Shown piece by piece: positions 19,296 to 29,012 of a stretch of DNA of 64,000 bases. Numbering within the stretch: position 1 is the stretch's first letter; every line of letters begins with the position of its first letter. Where the stretch lies: positions 1,120,001 through 1,184,000 of the forward strand of contig OZ223269.1 in assembly GCA_965140585.1 (NCBI GenBank). The letters run 5' to 3'. A program made the translations under genes and the position numbers. The notes beneath the pieces were generated by a model. The model worked only from the letters and a program-made list of their open reading frames with translations. It was not told where the DNA came from and searched no databases. This DNA comes from Spirochaetia bacterium (GTDB lineage Bacteria > Spirochaetota > Spirochaetia > UBA9216).

Positions 19296-21536
19296 TCATC
19301 CGCAGCGGCTGTAACCGCAGTTAAAGCAGGTAATACACCCGTCGGCAAAAGTCAGCCTGCTGGTGCATTCCGGACACTCACCGTCTGAAGTGATAACCTC
19401 TTCGCCGTCCTGAATATATTTCTTAAGAACTCTTGCTACACTTCTTTCAAAATCAGTGAAGTTTGTATCCTTCTGCAGCTGATTTATTACAAACTGCAGC
19501 GGAGTTCCATGCCTGAGAGCCATTGAGATAAATCTTGCAAGAGAACTGTTAGGAGAATCAAACTGCCTTGTAAAATCCTGCAGTTTAACTTCTTCACCGC
19601 CGTTCACGTAAATAAGATCAAATCTCCCGTCAGGTTCTTTACGGACAATAGTCTTATAATCTGTCTCCACATCTATCCTTGATTCAGGATCATCAATTAC
19701 AAAAAGCTCGTAAAGACTGTTTTTCATCTTTCCGGCGATGACAATGATACTTTCACGTCCTGCGCGGACTCTGTGGATATCACATTGCAAATCCTTCGGT
19801 CTTTTAGGGGCATGATGGGAATGAATAGGTTCTTCCTTGTCCATATTCTGATATTCAAGTATTCCCTTCATGCTGCCTTCAGGATTGAAGGTTGTAAATC
19901 CCTTAAGACCCCGATCATAGGCATACATGAAAAGTTCCTTGTAGCTCTCGAAACTGGTGCCTGAAGGCAGATTAAGAGTCTTCGAGATACTGTGGTCGAT
20001 ATACTTCTGAAAAGCCGCCTGTACCTCTATAGATTCATAGGGGTCGATATCCATTGTGGTTACGAAATATTCAGGAACATCAGTTTTACCGGTAATCTCC
20101 CTGTACATATTATACGCATAGTCTGATACTTCTTCGGTAGTTGTTTCATCATCATGACCTGTCCTGATGGTTCTGTTATAGCTGAGGGCAAATATCGGCT
20201 CTATACCGGAAGAACAGTTCTGTCCGACTGAAAGTGATGTCGTTCCTGTAGGAGCAATTGTATTCATCTGAACATTCCTGATTCCGTTTTTCCTGATAAG
20301 CTCCTTAACCTGTGCTGGAAGCTGCTTAACAAATTCTGCTGCAAGATATTTTTCTGTATCAAATGATGGAAATGCGCCCTTTTCGCCTGCAAGCTCCGCA
20401 CTTGCAGCATATGATTCGTTTCTCAGAGTCATTCCGATTTCTTCAACAAGTTCCCGTGATTCAGGTGAACCATATTTTATTCCCAGCATGGTAAACATAT
20501 CGCCAAGCCCTGTAATGCCCAGTCCGATACGTCGCCACTTCTTTGAAAACGTTTCGATCTTTTCAAGAGGATAAGCGGTAAGTTCAAGAATATTATCAAG
20601 AAACCTTACACCGATTTTTACAGTTTCAGCAAACCGTTTAAAGCTGAACTTTGCATTCTCTGTAAATGGGTTTTCAACAAAATGCAGCAGATTAACTGCA
20701 GAAAGGCAGCATAGCGAGTAGGGCGGCATAACCAGTTCGCCGCAGGGGTTAACCCTGTCCATCTTAAAAGCCCAGTAGCCGTTGTTATATCTTTCAACAG
20801 TGTCTGTATAAAAGATACCTGGTTCATTGTGGGTATAGGCATTTCTGGCCAGCAGATCATAAAGCTCCCTTGCGCGTACCGTTTTATAAACCTCACCGTC
20901 GAATACAAGGTTCCAGTCTGTATCCTCTTTTACAGCAGTGATGAAATCATCACTTACCTTTACAGATATATTGAACTGTGTGAGTTCCTTGTTCTGATCG
21001 CCCTTCTTAACAGTAATAAACTCTTCTATTTCAGGATGAGAAATATCCAGAAGTGCAATATGAGCAGAACGTCTCTGACCGCCGGTCACAATAGTCTTGG
21101 CCGACTGATCGAATATGCGCAGAAAAGAAATAACACCTGAAGACTGACTTCCGCCGGTAATCGGCGCACCCTTCGGTCTCAGTTTTGAAATATCAAAACC
21201 GACACCGCCTCCCATCTTGCTTATCATGGCATCTTCTTTCAGTGAGTCGTAGATCCCTTCCATTGAGTCTTCAATATCTATCGTAAAGCAGTTATTATAG
21301 TTTTTCATGGGACTGTCCGGTCTTGCATTTGCAAGAATACGTCCCGCCGGCATAAGTCTGCCGTTTATCAGTTCATCGTAAAATTTCGATTTCCACTGAT
21401 CTCTGTCTGCCTCTACTGAGGAGACCTCTTCTGATATGCCTTTAAAGACTTCTTCTGCAGTATTTTCGCCGTGAAGACAGTATTTTGCCTTGAAAATTTC
21501 TTCACTTATCGGCTGCTGCCATTTCCAGTCTGACAT
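19296..21536 (-). CDS. nrdJ: Adenosylcobalamin-dependent (class II) ribonucleotide reductase
   Basis: Motifs MPAGRIL, NNCF, GGGVG, RRSA, NPCGE, RRIGLG and TIAPTGT. C-terminal CPEC..CFNCGYSRCG. No N-terminal ATP cone and no adjacent beta subunit. Confidence 0.88.
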   Translation of the reverse strand: MSDWKWQQPISEEIFKAKYCLHGENTAEEVFKGISEEVSSVEADRDQWKSKFYDELINGRLMPAGRILANARPDSPMKNYNNCFTIDIEDSMEGIYDSLKEDAMISKMGGGVGFDISKLRPKGAPITGGSQSSGVISFLRIFDQSAKTIVTGGQRRSAHIALLDISHPEIEEFITVKKGDQNKELTQFNISVKVSDDFITAVKEDTDWNLVFDGEVYKTVRARELYDLLARNAYTHNEPGIFYTDTVERYNNGYWAFKMDRVNPCGELVMPPYSLCCLSAVNLLHFVENPFTENAKFSFKRFAETVKIGVRFLDNILELTAYPLEKIETFSKKWRRIGLGITGLGDMFTMLGIKYGSPESRELVEEIGMTLRNESYAASAELAGEKGAFPSFDTEKYLAAEFVKQLPAQVKELIRKNGIRNVQMNTIAPTGTTSLSVGQNCSSGIEPIFALSYNRTIRTGHDDETTTEEVSDYAYNMYREITGKTDVPEYFVTTMDIDPYESIEVQAAFQKYIDHSISKTLNLPSGTSFESYKELFMYAYDRGLKGFTTFNPEGSMKGILEYQNMDKEEPIHSHHAPKRPKDLQCDIHRVRAGRESIIVIAGKMKNSLYELFVIDDPESRIDVETDYKTIVRKEPDGRFDLIYVNGGEEVKLQDFTRQFDSPNSSLARFISMALRHGTPLQFVINQLQKDTNFTDFERSVARVLKKYIQDGEEVITSDGECPECTSRLTFADGCITCFNCGYSRCG

Positions 21537-21548
21537 TTAGTCCCTCCC

Positions 21549-21606
21549 ACGCTATATATAGCGCCTTTTTTAAAAATAACTTAGTGTCGAACACTATATA
21601 CTCTAT
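21549..21606. promoter_or_regulatory. Tandem NrdR boxes upstream of nrdJ
   Basis: ACGCTATATATAGCGC at 21549-21564 is a strong match to acaCwAtATaTwGtgt. A weaker ACACTATATACTCTAT lies at 21591-21606, 42 bp away. Confidence 0.75.
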
Positions 21607-21683
21607 CGGCTGTTAAGGGAAGACATGTATATAAATTTTCTTATATTTTTTTCTTACAAAACAGGTAATATATTATTATTCAG

Positions 21684-22679
21684 CTATTTTATCAGGTTTC
21701 CCGTAAATAAGCCGGTAAAACCGGTACCATAAAAACCGCCGCCGTTTCCGTCTGTGAAATCACGCGGTGAATTTTCTGTAATTGTGGTTAATATAATATC
21801 AGCAATACCGGTGTTAAAGACCCCGCCGGTTTCACTTAAAGAAGTATTCCGTGATATGAGTGATTCTTTTAGTACCATATTACCCTTGCTGAATATTCCG
21901 CCCCCGTTAATCCTGGCAGTATTATCAGTGAAACGGCACTTTTCGATAACTGCGGCGGAATCACAGGAAATAAAAAGTCCTCCGCCTTTACGGTTGGTTG
22001 AATTTCCTGAAACTATACAGTCAGACATGTAAAGAAATCCGCCCGGTTCGTTTTTTATTCCGCCACCGCTGCCGGTGCAGCCAATACCGCTGGAGAGTTC
22101 AGCCGGCAGCCTCTTTAAGCCCTTATTGTCCGATATTGTACAGGAACTGAGGTGAGCTGTACCACGGTTGTCGATTCCCGCACCGTACAGTGCTATATTG
22201 CCGTGAATTAAGCAGTTTTCGGCAGTCAGTCTTCCCAGATTAAGAATTCCGCCCCCTCTCCTAAGTATTTCCCGGGCATAGCCGTTACGGATACTTAAAT
22301 CCCTGATAACAAGAACTCCGCTATCTGTTACTGTGAAAATCCTGTCCGGACTCAGCATCATCTCAGAGGCTCCCTGAATTACAGTCTTCTCCGGGCTCTG
22401 CCCAATTAGTACGGCTCTGCGGTCAACTGATATCCCGCTCTCAGTATATATTTCATCAGAAAGGATAAAATAGATAATTTTGAGTTCTGCAAGTTCCAGA
22501 GCCTCGGTGATTGTTCTGTAATCAGAGCCGATGCTGCTCCCGACGCGTACCGAATTAAGCTCTGTGATATCACTGTTTCCGGTCCTGAAAGACAGGCCGG
22601 TGCAGGCCTGCATAAAAAAAAGCAGCACTGTCACGGGTATAAAAAGAATAATATAGGATAAAGGCTTAGACCTCATCAT
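21684..22679 (-). CDS. Lipoprotein with right-handed parallel beta-helix (pectin-lyase-like / Pmp-type GGGI-FxxN repeats)
   Basis: Lipobox MQAC, YRTITEAL cap, and repeated GGGI, GAGI, GGGL, ISxN and FTDN motifs. Confidence 0.8.
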   Translation of the reverse strand: MMRSKPLSYIILFIPVTVLLFFMQACTGLSFRTGNSDITELNSVRVGSSIGSDYRTITEALELAELKIIYFILSDEIYTESGISVDRRAVLIGQSPEKTVIQGASEMMLSPDRIFTVTDSGVLVIRDLSIRNGYAREILRRGGGILNLGRLTAENCLIHGNIALYGAGIDNRGTAHLSSCTISDNKGLKRLPAELSSGIGCTGSGGGIKNEPGGFLYMSDCIVSGNSTNRKGGGLFISCDSAAVIEKCRFTDNTARINGGGIFSKGNMVLKESLISRNTSLSETGGVFNTGIADIILTTITENSPRDFTDGNGGGFYGTGFTGLFTGNLIK

Positions 22680-23229
22680 ATCTGAAACATTCTGTCAGGT
22701 GATCATTAACCATTCCGGCCGACTGCATAAAAGCATAACAGATTGTACTGCCTATAAACTTGAATCCCTGTTTTTTAAGCGCACCGCTCATTGCATCTGA
22801 CTCAGAACTGGTAGCCGGAACTTCAGAAATATCTTCAAAACGGTTTTTAATTGTTTTCCCACCGGTAAACTGCCAGATATAGCTGTCGAAACTGCCGAAC
22901 TCATGCTGAATACGCAGAAAGTTCCTTGCATTTGTTACAGTTGAATTGATCTTAAGTCGATTACGGATAATACCCGGATTCTGCAGCAGGCTTTCTACTT
23001 TTTCATCGGTGTATGCTGCAATTTTTTCAATATCAAAATCATCAAAGGCTTCTCTGTAAGTTTCGCGTTTCCGCAGCACTGTTATCCAGCTTAGGCCAGC
23101 CTGAGCACCTTCTAGTATAAGCAGTTCAAACAGTTTTCGATCATCATGTACAGGAACTCCCCATTCCGTATCGTGGTATTGGCAGTAAAGTTCATCATCA
23201 CCGCACCATGGACATCTTTTTTTCTTCAT
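22666..23229 (-). CDS. tag: DNA-3-methyladenine glycosylase I
   Basis: Motifs RCPW, YHDTEWG, LEGAQAGLSW, IIRNRLKI, GFKFIG and VNDHLTEC. Confidence 0.95.
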   Translation of the reverse strand: MKKKRCPWCGDDELYCQYHDTEWGVPVHDDRKLFELLILEGAQAGLSWITVLRKRETYREAFDDFDIEKIAAYTDEKVESLLQNPGIIRNRLKINSTVTNARNFLRIQHEFGSFDSYIWQFTGGKTIKNRFEDISEVPATSSESDAMSGALKKQGFKFIGSTICYAFMQSAGMVNDHLTECFRYDEV

Positions 23230-23249
23230 CATACAATAATAACACTGAA

Positions 23250-24476
23250 ATGAAAGAATATGAATTTATTATAACAGGCGCAGGTCCTGCAGGTTTGTTT
23301 GCAGGGATTCTCGCTGCACAGGCAGGTGTTAAAACACTTATTTTAGAGGGTGAAAAAAGTCCCGGAAAAAAACTTTTGATAAGCGGTGAGGGTAAATGCA
23401 ACCTTACGAACTCTGCACCGGTTCAGGAATTTTTTAGCAGATACGGGCAGAAAAATAATTTTGTTAAAAATGCCTTGATGCATTTCGACAACCGGGCACT
23501 CATCAATTTTTTTACAGAACACAATACTCCGCTGTACTCAAGAGATGACGGGAAGGTTTTTCCTGTCAGTGAACGAAGCAGAGACATACTTGAAACACTT
23601 CTTAAAGCATGCAGCACAGCCGGAGCAGAAATTGAAACAAACCGGAGAGTAACCGGAATAGAATATTCTGATAAGCATTTCATCGTGAAAACTGATACTG
23701 ATATTTTCAGAAGCAGTAATATTCTGCTCGCCGCAGGCGGTTTTACCTATCCCTCAACCGGTTCAAGAGGAGACGGCTATCTTCTTAGCAGCGGACTGGG
23801 GCATAAAGTCATAGCCCCCAGGGCTTCACTTGCCGCAGTAAAGATTTCAGATTACAGCATTGCAGAAATTGCAGGGATTGCCTGTGATACTGAAATAAGC
23901 CTCTTTAGAGAAGATAGAAAAGCAGGCAGCTACATCGGAAGAATGCTTTTCACTCATACCGGCGTCTCCGGCCCTGTAATTATTGACAACAGCCGTGATT
24001 TTCTTCCCGGGGATATACTCAGTGTTAACTTTCTGCCTGAAAACAGCAGGGAAGAGATTTCTGGACACATTGAATCTCTTATAAAAGAAAACGGAAAAAA
24101 GCTTTTAAAAAATACTTTACCTGCTGTCGGATTACCGGAGAGCCTGGTCTCAATTTTCTTAAAATCAGCCGGGATCGCCTCAAATAAAAAGAGTGCGGAA
24201 GTCTCGGCAAAAGAGAGAAAGCAGGTGATAAACTGTATTATGTCGTTTGAGATGAAGATCGAGCGGCTTATAAAAAAAACAGCAATGTGCACTGCAGGCG
24301 GAGTTTCTACAAATGAAATTGACCGCCGGACAATGGAATCAAGAATAGTGCCCGGGCTGTATTTTGCCGGTGAAATTATTGATGTTGACGGCGACAGCGG
24401 AGGCTACAACATTCAGTTTGCATTTTCATCCGCAGCGCTCGCAGTATCATCCCTGTTGACAAAACGGCTGCCGTAG
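23250..24476 (+). CDS. HI0933/YhiN/BaiN family NAD(P)/FAD-dependent flavoprotein
   Basis: Motifs GAGPAG, GKKLLISGEGKCNLTN, GKVFP, LFTHTGVSGP, TAGGV and GGYNIQFAFSS. Start moved to MKEYEF to avoid overlap with tag. Confidence 0.9.
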   Translation: MKEYEFIITGAGPAGLFAGILAAQAGVKTLILEGEKSPGKKLLISGEGKCNLTNSAPVQEFFSRYGQKNNFVKNALMHFDNRALINFFTEHNTPLYSRDDGKVFPVSERSRDILETLLKACSTAGAEIETNRRVTGIEYSDKHFIVKTDTDIFRSSNILLAAGGFTYPSTGSRGDGYLLSSGLGHKVIAPRASLAAVKISDYSIAEIAGIACDTEISLFREDRKAGSYIGRMLFTHTGVSGPVIIDNSRDFLPGDILSVNFLPENSREEISGHIESLIKENGKKLLKNTLPAVGLPESLVSIFLKSAGIASNKKSAEVSAKERKQVINCIMSFEMKIERLIKKTAMCTAGGVSTNEIDRRTMESRIVPGLYFAGEIIDVDGDSGGYNIQFAFSSAALAVSSLLTKRLP

Positions 24477-25633
24477 ACCACCGCCAAGTAGTAGGCAAGA
24501 GTAAGGCCTGATGTTAGAAGCGCCATGAGCAGAAAAATTGTCTGAAATGAAAAACTTTCTGCAATATATCCGAGTAACGGAAATAATATTATCATGAGAA
24601 AACTGAAATACATACTCTGTACTGATAAAATGGTTGCACGCAGTTGAGAGGGAATAAGCCTGTTGATATAATTGGAAACGGCCACTATCAGTATGCCCTC
24701 AATCAGCCCGGTTAAAACAAAGAAATATTCCTTGTAATCCGTCAGAAAGACTCCCCACATGATAAACACCAGCAGAAGCGGGAGGTAGCGCATGACGTTT
24801 TTCTCTCCAATCCTCGCTTCTATCCTTCCTCCGTAAAAGGCTGAAACTGCAGCAAAAACCGCAGAGATTGAATAGAAAGTACCTATATAAAATTCGGTTC
24901 GTCCGGAAATCTTTAAAAAATTCTGAAGATAAAAAAATAGGCTTGTTGAGAATACAAATATAGTCTCGGTGAATACAATCAGGTAAATAATTTTAGGTCT
25001 GCTTTTAAGAATAACGGCACTGTCCCGGAGAACTTTAAACATGCTGCCGTGTTCCTGCTCTTTATGCTCCGTAATTTCCGGTTCTCTGAAACCCAGGCCT
25101 GTAATTAATGCAGCCAGACTGAAAAGAGCGCTTAAATAGAAAACATAAATGTAGCCCGGACCGGTGGCAAGAAATCCGCCGACAAAAAAAGAAATAATTG
25201 TAGCAAGCTGATAGAAAAGTTCTATTCTGCCAGCAGTATGAATGTACTTCGATTCATTCCCGTCGAGCTTCATTGAATCATATACGAAGGCCTCACCGGC
25301 TCCCGATTCAAGGTTATAGCTAAAGGCCGTAAGCATAAAACCGACCGCCTGCAAAATAAATGTTCCGGCGTAATACATGATAAACAGGCTGATAATAAAA
25401 AGAAAGCGGCCTGAAATTCGGCAGTATTTTCTTCCGAAGATATCGGCAATAGCACCCGAGGGAACTTCAAAAATCAGGGAACTGATATGAAAAATACTTT
25501 CAAGCAGAGCTATTTCTGTAAGGCTGAATCCGCGCAAAGCAAGAAAAATCATCCAGAGCCCGTGTGTAAAATTTATATTTGAGAAAAATGTAAAAAGAAA
25601 ATTTTTACCGATGTTTGAAGAATACGCTTTCAT
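24413..25633 (-). CDS. MFS transporter
   Basis: 12-TM pattern with FEVPSGAIADIFGRK, SGAGEA and RATILS. Confidence 0.9.
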   Translation of the reverse strand: MKAYSSNIGKNFLFTFFSNINFTHGLWMIFLALRGFSLTEIALLESIFHISSLIFEVPSGAIADIFGRKYCRISGRFLFIISLFIMYYAGTFILQAVGFMLTAFSYNLESGAGEAFVYDSMKLDGNESKYIHTAGRIELFYQLATIISFFVGGFLATGPGYIYVFYLSALFSLAALITGLGFREPEITEHKEQEHGSMFKVLRDSAVILKSRPKIIYLIVFTETIFVFSTSLFFYLQNFLKISGRTEFYIGTFYSISAVFAAVSAFYGGRIEARIGEKNVMRYLPLLLVFIMWGVFLTDYKEYFFVLTGLIEGILIVAVSNYINRLIPSQLRATILSVQSMYFSFLMIILFPLLGYIAESFSFQTIFLLMALLTSGLTLAYYLAVVYGSRFVNRDDTASAADENAN

Positions 25634-25741
25634 AATAGACCGAATTATAACAGCAGATTCACAATTTATCTATGATTTATGTTTACTGCGGCTTTCCGCG
25701 GTATTATCCTTTATTTATAAATAAATTATAGGAGTTAATTT

Positions 25742-26248
25742 ATGGCGGAAATAACATTTAAGGGCAATAAAATAAATACTTCAGGCAGTCTGCCTGCAGC
25801 AGGAGCCTCAGCACCTGCATTCGAACTCGTTAAAAATGATCTTTCAACCGCAGGGTTGTCCGATTACAAGGGTAAAAAGGTGATTCTCAATATTTTTCCA
25901 AGTCTTGATACATCTGTATGTGCAACATCGGTGCGAAAATTTAATGCTGAACTTAACAAACTCGACAATACATCAGTTCTCTGTATCTCTGCAGACCTTC
26001 CTTTTGCACATTCAAGATTCTGTACGACAGAAGGTATTGAAAAAGTTGAATCGCTCTCAGTATTCAGAAATCCTGAGTTTGGAAAGGATTACGGCGTACT
26101 TATGACCGACGGACCGCTTGCAGGACTGCTCTCAAGGGCTGTTGTTGTCCTGGACGGTGAAGGTAAGGTTGTCTACACAGAACAAGTTCCCGAGATTGCA
26201 CAGGAGCCGGATTATGCTAAGGCACTGGAAGCTGTAAACAGTCTTTGA
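25742..26248 (+). CDS. tpx: Thiol peroxidase (atypical 2-Cys peroxiredoxin)
   Basis: Motifs FPSLDTSVC, ISADLPFA..RFC and GLLSRAV. AGGAG SD. Confidence 0.95.
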   Translation: MAEITFKGNKINTSGSLPAAGASAPAFELVKNDLSTAGLSDYKGKKVILNIFPSLDTSVCATSVRKFNAELNKLDNTSVLCISADLPFAHSRFCTTEGIEKVESLSVFRNPEFGKDYGVLMTDGPLAGLLSRAVVVLDGEGKVVYTEQVPEIAQEPDYAKALEAVNSL

Positions 26249-26310
26249 ATTAACCGAACTCTCACGAAAATCTAATAAAAACAGACGTCTTTTTCATTAG
26301 CAATTAAGTA

Positions 26311-28107
26311 ATGAAAATCACGACAAAATATAATCTGCTCAGTATGCTGATACTGAGCGGATTTTTAACTCTGCTTACTTTTTCTTTTTTATTCATGCAG
26401 CTTACCGTTAAGTCAATAAATGAACAGCAGGCCATTGACGAATACATCAGTTCGCTCCAGGAGAGTGAAAACCTTCTTTTACTCCAGCTTAACCAGGGCT
26501 ACCGGATACTGCTCACTCATGATGGTTCGGTCAGCGGTGAAATACTTGTTGAATATAAACTTACCAATTCCCGGCTGAAACAGAAGATAGAAAACCTTTT
26601 ATCTGAAAGCAGTAATTTTAATTTTAATGGCAGTGAACAGATCATAAACGATATTTCGAATCTTTATACAGTCATTCAGGAACAACTGATACTGAAAATA
26701 AACAATAATCAGGCTGTAGATCCTGTAAATGCCACTTCGATCCTGACAGACAACTATAACAGACTGAAAAACGGACTTAACCGATATTTCTCTGATATCC
26801 GGCAGATTAAACTGGATATTTTAAAATCTATTGAAATTGATATACGCAATTTTAGAATTATTTTTATCGCTATATTTATTTTAATTCTTTCCGGACTTGC
26901 TTTTTCAATCTTTTATTTCAGAAATACTGTTATCGGAACTATAAAAACCACAGGTGATGAAATACGGAAGCTGTCAGAAGGCGGTGAAGGCCTTAATTTC
27001 AGATTTAAATCAACAGGAAAGGATGAACTGGGCAGCCTGCGGGAGAATTTTAATAACTTCTCAGACAACCTCAGCAATATGCTTGAGGTACTGTTCTCTG
27101 CTATCAGAATAACCTCCGAACTGAGTGGAGACCTGGAACAGAACATATTAAAGAATTTCAATACATCATCCTCCTTAAAAACAACCAGCGAGAACCTCTA
27201 TGATTTTTTCGGAATCATTAATGAAGCCGTGATGAGTATATCCGAATCAATAGAAACAATTTCACATAACTCTGCAAATCTAACTTCAGATGCCAAAACA
27301 CAGTCTGAAATCTTTGAAAAAACAGTTTCAGAAATGGAAAAGATGCATGAAGAGCTAAGCCGGGTAAAAACATTCGGAGATGAGAACCGGGAACTTTCTG
27401 AGGTTCTAATATCAGAAACAACCAGAGGCTCCGGTCTGGTCAGTACTCTGGATAATCAGACCTCGCGAATCTCTGAACAGGCAGGAACAATACGGACAAT
27501 AAATGAGCTGATGGAGAATGTGTCTGCAGAGATAAACATTCTGAGTATTAACGCTGCTATAGAAGCATCAAGAGCCGGGCAGTACGGCCACGGTTTTAAA
27601 GTTGTCTCAAAGGAGATATCAGCTCTTGCATTAAAGGTGAAGAAAGGGTCTGATGAAACCAGAGACAAACTGCAGCTGATAATTGATTCAATAGAAAATT
27701 TAAAAATAGTCAGCAGTGAGAACCGCCTTATTTTTGGAAAGATTGAAAAAATCTCCGGCGAGGTAAACAGTAAAATAACAAAGACTTCCGAATCGCTTTC
27801 GGCAACAGAAGAGAAGGGCACAACAGTCAACAGCGAGTTTCAAAAACTGAAAACCGCAAATGACAATATCACCGGTTCTGCTGAATATATCGATGACACT
27901 ATTAAAAAGATTGGAATATCAGCCGCCGAACTTAAAGGCGGTTTTAATACAGCTGTAAGCGATCTTGATATTATAAGAGATGAAAGTGGAAACCTCTTCA
28001 ACCTCACAAAACAGCTTGAAATCAACGGAAAGAAAAACATGCAGATTACCGAAGCGCTTACCGCACACGTTAATCACTTCACCGGGGATGAAAATACAGC
28101 GGGGTAG
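26311..28107 (+). CDS. Methyl-accepting chemotaxis protein
   Basis: Two TM helices, a HAMP domain (KDELGSL) and a signalling tip INILSINAAIEASRAGQYGHGFKVV. Confidence 0.85.
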   Translation: MKITTKYNLLSMLILSGFLTLLTFSFLFMQLTVKSINEQQAIDEYISSLQESENLLLLQLNQGYRILLTHDGSVSGEILVEYKLTNSRLKQKIENLLSESSNFNFNGSEQIINDISNLYTVIQEQLILKINNNQAVDPVNATSILTDNYNRLKNGLNRYFSDIRQIKLDILKSIEIDIRNFRIIFIAIFILILSGLAFSIFYFRNTVIGTIKTTGDEIRKLSEGGEGLNFRFKSTGKDELGSLRENFNNFSDNLSNMLEVLFSAIRITSELSGDLEQNILKNFNTSSSLKTTSENLYDFFGIINEAVMSISESIETISHNSANLTSDAKTQSEIFEKTVSEMEKMHEELSRVKTFGDENRELSEVLISETTRGSGLVSTLDNQTSRISEQAGTIRTINELMENVSAEINILSINAAIEASRAGQYGHGFKVVSKEISALALKVKKGSDETRDKLQLIIDSIENLKIVSSENRLIFGKIEKISGEVNSKITKTSESLSATEEKGTTVNSEFQKLKTANDNITGSAEYIDDTIKKIGISAAELKGGFNTAVSDLDIIRDESGNLFNLTKQLEINGKKNMQITEALTAHVNHFTGDENTAG

Positions 28108-28148
28108 TTAACACTAAATGTTTTGTTTATAATGAGCCCGGAGAAATA

Positions 28149-29006
28149 ATGGCAAATATTAACTGGTTCCCCGGACATATGAACAGGACTAAGCGTCTCA
28201 TCTCTGAACAGATGAACCGCATCGATATTATTCTTGAAGTGATAGACGCAAGAATTCCGGAATCGAGCAGAAATCCCCTGCTGCATGAAATAACAAGTGG
28301 TAAACCTCATATAATTATTCTGAATAAAACGGATCTTGCGGATGCAGAAAGTTCAGAAGACTGGTATCGCTGTCTCAAAGAATCTTATACAGATATAGTC
28401 CGTGTTTCCACAACCCAGCCGGCATCCTACAACTCAATAGTGCCCCTATGCAGAAAAATTGTCGACAGCACCCGTACCGGCGGAAACAGAACCAAGATAA
28501 ACGCCATGATAGCGGGCATTCCCAATGTCGGTAAATCCACACTGGTTAACCGGCTGAAGAAGCAGAAAAAAGCTTCAGTACAGAACAAGCCCGGACATAC
28601 CAAAGATTTCCAGAGGATTGTTCTTTCAAACGACTTCACTCTTATTGATACTCCCGGTCTTCTCTGGCATAAATTTGAACCGGAAATCGGCTATAAACTT
28701 GCAATCCTCGGATCAATCAAGGATGCAATACTCGATATCTATGATATAGCATTCAGAGCCGCTGATATTATGGCTGAACTGTATCCGGAAGAGCTCAAGT
28801 CAAGATTCAAACTGGAATCAATACCGGAAAAAACTGAGCTTCTTATTGAGGAAATAGGCAGGAATAGAGGATTTCTGCTGAAAGGCGGAGTCGTTGATAC
28901 CGAGAGAGCCTGTAAAATTCTGCTTTCAGAGATAAGAGACGGAAAAATCTGTCCGCTGACTTTAGATGTCCCCGGTGCCGGTTCAGAACAGTCTGTCTCA
29001 GATTAG
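28149..29006 (+). CDS. rbgA: Ribosome biogenesis GTPase RbgA/YlqF
   Basis: Motifs INWFPGHM, DARIP, NKTD, GIPNVGKS and DTPG (circularly permuted GTPase). Confidence 0.95.
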   Translation: MANINWFPGHMNRTKRLISEQMNRIDIILEVIDARIPESSRNPLLHEITSGKPHIIILNKTDLADAESSEDWYRCLKESYTDIVRVSTTQPASYNSIVPLCRKIVDSTRTGGNRTKINAMIAGIPNVGKSTLVNRLKKQKKASVQNKPGHTKDFQRIVLSNDFTLIDTPGLLWHKFEPEIGYKLAILGSIKDAILDIYDIAFRAADIMAELYPEELKSRFKLESIPEKTELLIEEIGRNRGFLLKGGVVDTERACKILLSEIRDGKICPLTLDVPGAGSEQSVSD

Positions 29007-29012
29007 TTCCTA

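Noticed and set aside
21537-21683. Cobalamin riboswitch upstream of nrdJ
   Set aside because: The spacer is short and AT-rich with no B12-box; NrdR boxes explain the visible motifs.
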